Below are positions 62,801-64,000 of a DNA stretch of 64,000 bases, one piece after another (the first letter of the stretch is position 1; every line of letters starts with the position of its first letter). The translations under genes were made by a program, and so were the position numbers. The stretch is from positions 3,038,001 through 3,102,000 of the forward strand of contig JAQOWU010000008.1 in assembly GCA_030867685.1 (NCBI GenBank), in the 5' to 3' direction. This stretch comes from Wickerhamiella versatilis (lineage: Eukaryota). Under the pieces are notes generated by a model. The model searched no databases, had not been told where the DNA came from, and worked only from the letters and a program-made list of their open reading frames with translations.

Positions 62801-64000
62801 AACAAAATCATAAATTGCCAATATCGAATTGGGTGTGAGAACAAATCGAATAGCTGCCAAATCAACGTCTACGGACTGTGTTTCATCAGCTTGCTTTGCC
62901 CAATTAACAATAAATAAATCCCGTCCTTGGTCCTCAGAGAGATGGCCTGCACTTTCTGCTATTTTACGAAGGTCCTCATCAGCATCGCTATTAACGTAGT
63001 CATTTATCAAGAGGTCACGAACACGAAGCTCGGTTCCCTGTTTTTGTGACTCAAGGAAGTAAGTCAAGCTGAATTGATGTAGGCACATACCTAGCAGTGG
63101 ATTCCCAGCCCATCCGCGTCGTAATGCAAGCTCTGCACGCGATACTTGAAAGCGCAACTCGAATATACGCTGATTCTGATCACTGTGCGTGCCTCCATCA
63201 GAGCGAACGTGAGGCTTCTCCTCATTCGAAACTGAACTTTCAGGGGAAGATGTAGTTGTATTGGGAATGGCAGCAGAGAGAGTCTGAAGCAGTAATGTGT
63301 ACTGAACATTGCTCAATGCCATATGCAAATCGGGCATATTTATTGACAATCGGCATCGTGTGAGCTGCAGAGCACGAGGAACTATGGAGAGTTCGAGAAG
63401 AAACTGAAGGGTGGTCTTTTCTAGTAAGCGTAGAGGCGAGTATTTTTCACTTGACAGAGTCGACAGAGCAACACCAACATCATCAGCCAATGTGACCTGG
63501 GTATTATCCAAATTGATAGTGAATCTATCGTACATCAATTCTTCCAACTTCTCCCAATCAGTCCGTTCCCGAACCTCTTGAATAACATCCGGTGGCACGA
63601 GATCAGATGACATGCCAAGAGAACCTACATCCAAGACCAAACCCGGGCTGTGAGCGGAGCCCGGAGAAAGAGGAATAATTATTACAGGTGATTTGACATC
63701 TATTTTCAGATTGAGTGTCTTATGCTCACTCAAAGCATACTCGAGGCCCATACGTGTTTGCTCTCTTAGTTCTTCGACAGTCTTATTTGCTGCTGATAAA
63801 ATAGCATCGACAGTTTCCCCCTGATCAGGTGGAGCTTTAAATAAATCAAGGATTTCTTCGAGAAAGCGTGCATTTTGTACAATTTTAACACTCTTTGACT
63901 TTAAAAATAGGTTACTGTCAGCGAGCCGATCCATCGGATGGTGCTCAAACATAAACCAGAAGAAGGGTTCCTCAGATGAAACGGCTTCATTGACTGAAAT
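56882..64000 (-). CDS. VPS13: Vps13 lipid-transfer protein; the 5' part lies beyond the window end
   Basis: The frame is open from 64000. SAWEPLID, SHR-binding/VAB repeats (SPYVILNKTG, TKIVTIAPRF), GSADFIGNPVGLF, and ATG_C and PH-like C-terminal domains. Confidence 0.95.
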   Translation of the reverse strand: MSVNEAVSSEEPFFWFMFEHHPMDRLADSNLFLKSKSVKIVQNARFLEEILDLFKAPPDQGETVDAILSAANKTVEELREQTRMGLEYALSEHKTLNLKIDVKSPVIIIPLSPGSAHSPGLVLDVGSLGMSSDLVPPDVIQEVRERTDWEKLEELMYDRFTINLDNTQVTLADDVGVALSTLSSEKYSPLRLLEKTTLQFLLELSIVPRALQLTRCRLSINMPDLHMALSNVQYTLLLQTLSAAIPNTTTSSPESSVSNEEKPHVRSDGGTHSDQNQRIFELRFQVSRAELALRRGWAGNPLLGMCLHQFSLTYFLESQKQGTELRVRDLLINDYVNSDADEDLRKIAESAGHLSEDQGRDLFIVNWAKQADETQSVDVDLAAIRFVLTPNSILAIYDFVMSTFAPPGPPPEATEENPTEQESIASSENSASSRKVCVNLEGINVVLNDDGDVLGNFQLTHARLLTELMAPQGMRFDATLGALSLEDVEDHKILSIDGGGDLADFTYDAPSPERSYVKFRSGAVRLNLEELPCARIARFFSRFNQMKTVYDQARMLAFNQAIQVEPGKMNFDVLMRAPVVVFPWGDDTLIAQLGELYISHTSETCLEAGIRNTFVQAVLNQQNSYLLKAIDLSLSADYSSGPMKVKATVPPVALRLSEHELRLVQEFGQALSRISQASCGLDQSEVGDLRQKLVQEKELEPQSWELPVSVKAQSFDFEFQAPLFSVNLRRDSGPLAEFRVENASLGAKGQDCTIKVEASMRAFTVEDQRTSRTNLFPKVVPPATHDSYQFHATYEVGDKHPRGNIIINCPTVFVALDFLTALKDFVDFGTSSSPSNLQEDYGDSEVSSEILFNPSDPPKQSTITEGEWTLDLQHMYLIILADPSNEDTEALVCKFEQLLCSSSPVSASLAVRKVGVYLTRMRSFNNTKLRILDDFSVKAGIDRSKCREDRLLTSTSADIEPLVLRLSLREIRLILMILQSAQRLWSSETPHETKAETSVLPAAARYVDDGSRYEPSPYAHKFVDPDVDSVEVLGELMKVEFGGMRVVIIDSLHQLPMADFWVKPFCVEARNWSRSSISVVGNAKAYANVYSFAKSAWEPLIDSLDLSLDARMDHVLVRSGLTDIEITPETLSLANDIQAYFSENSHVDLSRATSEDGKPYRIRNETGFSIKIWASDSAPTVIADGEEIPWSFYDWRTIREDLSATTQLITLSVLLLGSEFGALNDVPVSRVGEQLYALGHHRLVFDISISGNLKRIVVRSTHVLVNSTQFTMDIALNGVKSLKVLPGERIALPLSKLDSKVTFSVDNGNSWSPQLYWRDMLKTRERVVQSGDVYILATAEVPKVPLANHYPYQTLCLTAPLQLVNYLPFDIDYRLYSRSTKESRTGHLLQGMHEPVHWCGHQHLLLLSVTIPNYEKSEFAIINAGSEKEFQVEDEIRMRGTADGQNMTLRISYFFSPTRGHAVFLMSPYVILNKTGETLAVETKLNRAVCQTGLKLWSFKSGHNAQVRVGRSLASRAFSFDAVGSDFEVAVSSPGHQQEQYLGVSIRQGTGRLSATKIVTIAPRFILCNNLDSPIEMREPGGEPKLVAEHNVQPVTLISTLAERELCLRFVENGDWSAAFVMTNIGATYVRLARRGKPTLLAQIDIVLEAATLFVHIREARDWPFSIRNFTELDFHIHQSNPNENEDIEFNPIVYHVPPRSAMPYSWDFPAANLKEIVLVCDNRKRRVQLAEIGELPPAKFGSRVVDLSVVADGIQQALVIQDYVPDRSRYVARETASTVASTLASFRPRVEAADAGILYELQLKGIGISYINRSNQELFYATLRNVGVKYRVSEHLETVAWQTQWIQVDNCTAHSSSSRFPVLVYPTVLPKNPEEMRQHPTFSGSVTRSTDQSFGLTYVKHATMLLQELTLEADEDFILSLLDITGTFMSSKSTAGDPWCEDSDTGEISSGLDHLEIPQPSSRSAEDIYFEQLHLQPMQLNLSFVRTGALTERGVFSRMNPSFAAMVDALTMTIGNINDAPVRFNALLIENVRSQVQHLFKTVETHYSQEFLYQLHNIIGSADFIGNPVGLFNNISSGFMDLFYEPYLGYTLSDRPQEFGVGLAKGGFSFMRKSVFGVSDSIFKVTGSLSKGLTSMTLDPQFQRQQHQRMVRNSPRHAFYGLSMGATSFYDSVSSGIQGLTQAPMQGAASGGTSGFFRGLGRGLVGLPTKTAIGVLDFASNFSEGVRNTATSVDSHAIARVRLPRVIGSDGLVRPYNNREAVGQMIMRSTGDGVFAKDHYLAHSNVTQDRVVIISLERICLTKVSDMELEWDVTYDQLAAVSMEHTGIALRLRGGVRGPFIPAPNEDTRKFLYKNIGTAVAEFNRVRQTLY

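Overview
Gene-dense, essentially intron-free eukaryotic window from an ascomycete budding yeast. The very compact layout and a bacterial-looking gene suggest the Wickerhamiella/Starmerella group, but that assignment is inference only. It holds about 31 protein-coding genes, mostly housekeeping. In order: MFS transporter, SMC2 (split by a 1-nt frameshift in an A7 run), YBT1-type ABC transporter, a half-length Scc3/STAG protein, CDC26, DOA10/SSM4, a BAR-PH protein, MED22, MDM34, TRS20, an Mtc4-like protein, inositol transporter, a 75-aa bacterial-type glutaredoxin, SSE1, NUP145/Nup98-96, FAA1, CLD1, RPA190, APM3, a HAD hydrolase, a minimal Rad52-family protein, a SAY1-like esterase, an Atf1/Sko1 bZIP factor, ICL1, KRE6, PPE1, QNS1, an MCH1-like MFS, FMT1, a yapsin-like protease and the 3' part of VPS13. 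No tRNA, rRNA, transposon or CRISPR could be supported. Most interesting: (1) a probable horizontally acquired NrdH/mycoredoxin-like gene sharing a 111-bp heat-shock promoter with SSE1; (2) the SMC2 break falling exactly on an in-phase A_AAA_AAG slippery heptamer; (3) a mini-Rad52 gene whose stop lies 1 nt before the ATG of a HAD hydrolase; (4) a structured, uORF-rich upstream region of the bZIP gene. All family calls come from motif recognition, not from database searches.
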